Shown: piece after piece, positions 59,901-64,000 of the stretch
Layout of the letters: each line of letters opens with the position of its first letter
Position numbering within the stretch: position 1 is the first letter of the stretch
From: Setoptus koraiensis
Lineage: Eukaryota; Animalia; Arthropoda
NCBI GenBank assembly: GCA_048013815.1
Contig: CM106586.1
Coordinates: forward strand, 16,492,001-16,556,000
DNA length: 64,000 bases
Direction: 5' to 3'
Made by a program: the position numbers and the translations under genes
The notes under the pieces: generated by a model
What the model was told of the DNA's origin: nothing
The model's database searches: none
Seen by the model: the letters and a program-made list of their open reading frames with translations, nothing else

Positions 59901-62900
59901 CGGACCATGCGAACCCGGGCGGCCCATTCACAATCGCGATTGCGCCGCTCGGCGCTCGCTTCTCGCTTCTCGAACGGCCGCTGAGCAGCGTCGGGCCGTT
60001 GAGCGGCGTCGGGCCGCTGAGCGGCGGCGGGCCGGCGAAATTGGCCGTTGCACGATGCCGCCGAGAGGATGCTAATCTAATCTGTTGTCTCATCTGTCGC
60101 TGGCTGCAGCAAATCAGCGCTGGCTGTGTGTCGCATTAGTGGGTGTTGTTAGTTAGTGTCAGTTAGTGTCGGTTAGTGTCGGTTTGTGTCGCCACAACGG
60201 CCCGGCGTTACGACCGTACCCATGGCACCGGCATCAGCGAGCGGCCGATCTCTGGTCATCGGGTCATTAATGGCCGGACCAGTCGGCCGAGCGGCCAGAA
60301 TTATAATGAATTAATGGCACTGGCAAACAGCAGCCAAGTGGACGACAGCGCCTCGCAACAATGGCACAACAACAACAACAGCAACAACAACAGCAACAAC
60401 AACAATGTTTCGCTGCCGTTGCGACTGTCAATTTGAGAGGAGTCCATTGAGAAAAATGCGCCAAAATGAGTCAGTATCTCGAGTGTCATGCTCGTGAGTA
60501 TTATCTCAGCTACAAGTATCATCTCAGGTATGATCTCAGGTGAGCGTAAGATGTAAATACAAGCAAAAGTATATAAGTTAAGAAGCAACAAGTTGCCACT
60601 GCGCACACGGATAATGATGTGTGTGTGAATCGCCACTGACCACAACCAAATGATACATTGCCTACTGCCGCTGGTACGTGCTTGTTAAAAAACGACGGCT
60701 ACCTGTTGCTGCTCGGTTGTCGCTGTTGCTGTTGGTCAGTGTGACGGACGCTCGGACGGCCGGACAGCCGGACAGTTGACACTGAGCCGTGAGCGGCCAG
60801 TAAATAAAAATAGTCGCACACCGAGTGACGATTAGCGACCCACGCTGACAAACAAACCAGCGACCCAAGCGAATCTCATCAACATGCAACAGCCATGGGA
60901 GAAGCCCGATGCGGTTAATGCGGCCACCGGCCCGAGCATCGGCCAACAACCGCAACATGACACTGATACGCTCGCACACTCGCCCCTCTAAGGCGAGCGC
61001 TCTAAAATCATTAGCGACAATATTGCAAACTCGACACAAATGACAATTTCCATGCCCACTCCGGCCACTGAGCAACGAATTAATTCAGTTACCAAAGTAT
61101 CAAGTTGTTGCTGCTCGCCGGTCGCTGGTCGCCCGCGACCCAAAGTCCCAACGGCGGCCAACAAGACGCGCGGCGACCCGCTGATTGCAGGCCGGCCTGC
61201 TTCTCGGACCGGAAGCGGAGCGGCCTCGGGCTCTGTGCGGGCATGAGTGCGGGCTACGTGTGCGTGGGCTCAGCCTGCACCACACATAACGTGGCCGGCA
61301 TATTTGCCGGCCATACCATTTGCAGGGCCATGTCATGTGTTTGGGCATGATACCTAGTTGCGCTGGCCGAGTTTGCGGCGCTGCCCGAGTTTGCGGCGCT
61401 GCCCGCTCGCCGCGCTGACCAGGTGAGCGCGCTGCAGTCGCCGGCGTGTTATTTACACGCAACGGATGCAATTATATTCGATCGCTGTCGCCGTCGTCGT
61501 CGTCGTTGTTGTCGCCGTCGTTGTTGTTGTTGTCGTCGTTGTCGCTGTTGTTGTTGCTGTGTTGTTGTTGTTGTTGTCGCCGGCGCTGTTGTGATTGCGG
61601 CCGAACGGCGCGTATGAGCTGGCGACGGGCGAGGGATCACGCATCGATTGATGTCATTATTATCGTCTTTGGGGTCACAACATATGATAACGTCAGTGGG
61701 TCGCATGTGGATATGACATGTGACACAGTGACGCATATGAGCCGAGTGATCTGATGAACCGATTTGCAATGCCAACAAACGCATCACCGGGCAGCGGCGG
61801 GCGGGCGGGCAGCGCGTGCTTGTTTGCGCTGCCCGCTCGCCCGATGATCAATTATATCAGCGGCCAGGTACAATTGATTTGCTTTCGGGCCGGCTCAGCG
61901 CGGTTTTGCATCGGCTCGGTTTTGCATCGGCGCCGGGCCGCACAACCGACTACCGCTCAACCGAGTATCGCTCAACTGAGTATCGGTCGCTGACTATTGG
62001 TCAGCTGACCACTGGTCAACTAGCGCCGGTGAACCGGGCGCCGATCAACGAGCAGCAAATAGATACAAATCAATCAAGCGTCCCCGCTCTGCTGCTCTTT
62101 TGGATCCTTTGGCCCGTTCGGCTGCCCGCTCCTCCGGCGCTGATGCGGCCAATTGGCCGGAGCCGGCCGGCACGACAGGCACAGATTGAGATGTAACTTG
62201 TTGTTGTCGGCTGCCGATTTCAATATTGCCGGCCATGGCTTTTGTTGGCGCTGTCGCTCGCTATCCGGCATCGATATCTGCCAATATCTTCTGATATCTC
62301 CTGATATCGCCACCGATATCTTGTAATATCGCCACCGATGCTTTGTAATATCGCCACTGACATCAGCGCCGGCGTCGCCGCCGTGGCCGACAATCGCAGC
62401 GACACAAACGAGCGACGCAAACGAGCGACGCAAACAAGTTGTGACACACAATCGTCAATTGCCAGTCGAGTGCTCCGACGATTGCTGTTGTTGCTGCCGT
62501 GAGCAAACATTTACGTCATAGGCACCTATAAAGGCTGCATCATGGTTGCATCATCATGGTTGGCAAATATTGATATTGTGTACCAATTGGCAAACAAAAG
62601 CTGGCAAACAAAAATCGGTATGCATACGCGCTGTTGTTACACATACTGGCGCATTCGGCAGGTATATAGGTGTCGGTTGTTGTCCATTGTTGTGGCTTGC
62701 GAGTGGCCTCGATGCGACCGCTCGTTGCCACTGCTTGTTGCGATCGGTTGTTGCGATCGGTTGTTGCGATCGGTTGTCGCGACGGCCGTCACAACAGACG
62801 CTCGAGTTTGGGTCAAGTTTCAACAAACAAACTCCGAAAATTGCATGCCAACCTGAGCATTGTGCTGCCGGCCAACTTGTTGTCGGCTGCATCGACGCGC

Positions 62901-64000
62901 CGGACAGCAGCAGCAGCAGCAAATCGACAATTGTCAGCCGGCGCAACAACGACAACAACAACAACAATTGAATTCCAACAGGTAACCAACAGGCTCAGCT
63001 GGTTGTGCAAGCATGTGACGCAATGCCAGCGGCCAGCAGTGGACAATGGACTAAGAGCAACAGTCGCTGTCGTTGGTCGCTGGCGCCGTGCAAGAGATTG
63101 CGCCGAGATAAATCGGACAACAATCATGACATAATAATTTTGTCATTATTGCTCAGCTCACCTTTGTTGTCGCTGCCGGTGCCCATTGTTGTCGTGCTCG
63201 CTGTGAGAATCGGCGCACACTCTCTTCGCCCGTCGATGGCCGCTCGCCGCACCGGCCCGATAGTCCGCCGACCGTCCGCTCGCTGCACACCGGCCCGACG
63301 GTCCGCCGATTGTCCGCCGAAAAATCTGGCAAAAAATCGAAAGGTCGGCCCGCCGAAAATCGAAAGATCGGCCGGCGAAAATCGATAGATCGGCCGCCGA
63401 AAATCGATAGATCGGCCGGCGCGAACCACGGCCGGCCGCCACCGTCGGGCCGGCCGCTGCAGCTCTGCGGGCTCGTTCCCGCCATTGCGACCGCCTTCGA
63501 GTCGAACCCGACTCGATCGCTGTAATTTGACTACGCGCCCGTCAATTGGTACGTTGTGACAACGCATCAGCGAGTGTCACATGAGCAAATGCCAGTCAAC
63601 GCCGGCCCCCCTTGCGTCATTTCGCGCAAACTTCAAGCCGCTACAGCTGATCGCCAGCCCCATCGCGACCACCCCTCCGCAAGCCTGCCCCGAACGGGGC
63701 GCCGCCGTGAGCCTTTGGTGCCCTATTTGCGCGAGCAATTATTTTTTCGTTTCATCGACGCGCTCGCAAGCCAAATAAATTGTATCAATAAATCACATTG
63801 TGCAATGGGCGCCGCCGGCCCGATCTTATCTGGGGCCGCTGCTGGCGCTCTGATCGCATCTCGCGCCACGGAACGGCTCGCATATGCTCACATTTGTGCA
63901 CAGTTTGTCACATTTTGTGCGCTCACCTGTCAAGTCGGCACCGCCGAAAGCGAGTTAAGCCGCGTTTGCTCGCCGCGTCAATCCGATTGCGTCGGGCCCG

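Noticed and set aside
60313-60335. Seed-region matches to conserved miRNAs (miR-263-like AATGGCACTGG here; miR-7-like at ~59745; miR-153 3' part at ~30821)
   Set aside because: The match stops after 9-13 nt and no precursor hairpin is evident.
18040-63929. Reading all CAGGTRAG copies as splice donors or recursive splice sites
   Set aside because: They occur on both strands, mostly lack an upstream pyrimidine tract, and have C rather than T at +6; only the 55142 copy was kept as a candidate.

Overview
Eukaryotic (arthropod) genomic DNA. The near-absence of introns in housekeeping genes and the microsatellite-rich spacers fit an acariform, eriophyoid-like mite, but that assignment is inference. 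Layout: (1) the 3' part of a five-exon beaten-path (Beat)-like Ig-superfamily gene (+, 79-7324, 5' end outside the window); (2) intronless DCAF6 (-); (3) a three-exon Q/N-rich, mucin-like EGF-SEA-EGF transmembrane gene, pawn-like (-, 11535-16305); (4) a 15.5 kb GC-rich gene desert; (5) a compact, AT-rich housekeeping cluster at 31.8-43.9 kb (synaptobrevin, LIPT2, TRUB2, MOSPD2, SOD1, RPA1, TRMT61A; only SOD1 has a coding intron), which also holds two decayed TRUB2 copies and a ~160 bp direct repeat; (6) a 20 kb GC-rich gene desert to the window end. Most notable: a strand-symmetric CAGGT[GA]AGC motif about 10-fold enriched in the deserts, including a 5-copy array; a Beat-like protein whose third Ig domain appears split by ~430 aa of low-complexity sequence; a TRUB2 lacking the catalytic Asp; an inverted TRUB2 copy starting right after the LIPT2 stop codon; and several perfect palindromes and hairpins. 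No rRNA, tRNA, CRISPR array or intact transposon was recognised. All counts and alignments were done by eye.
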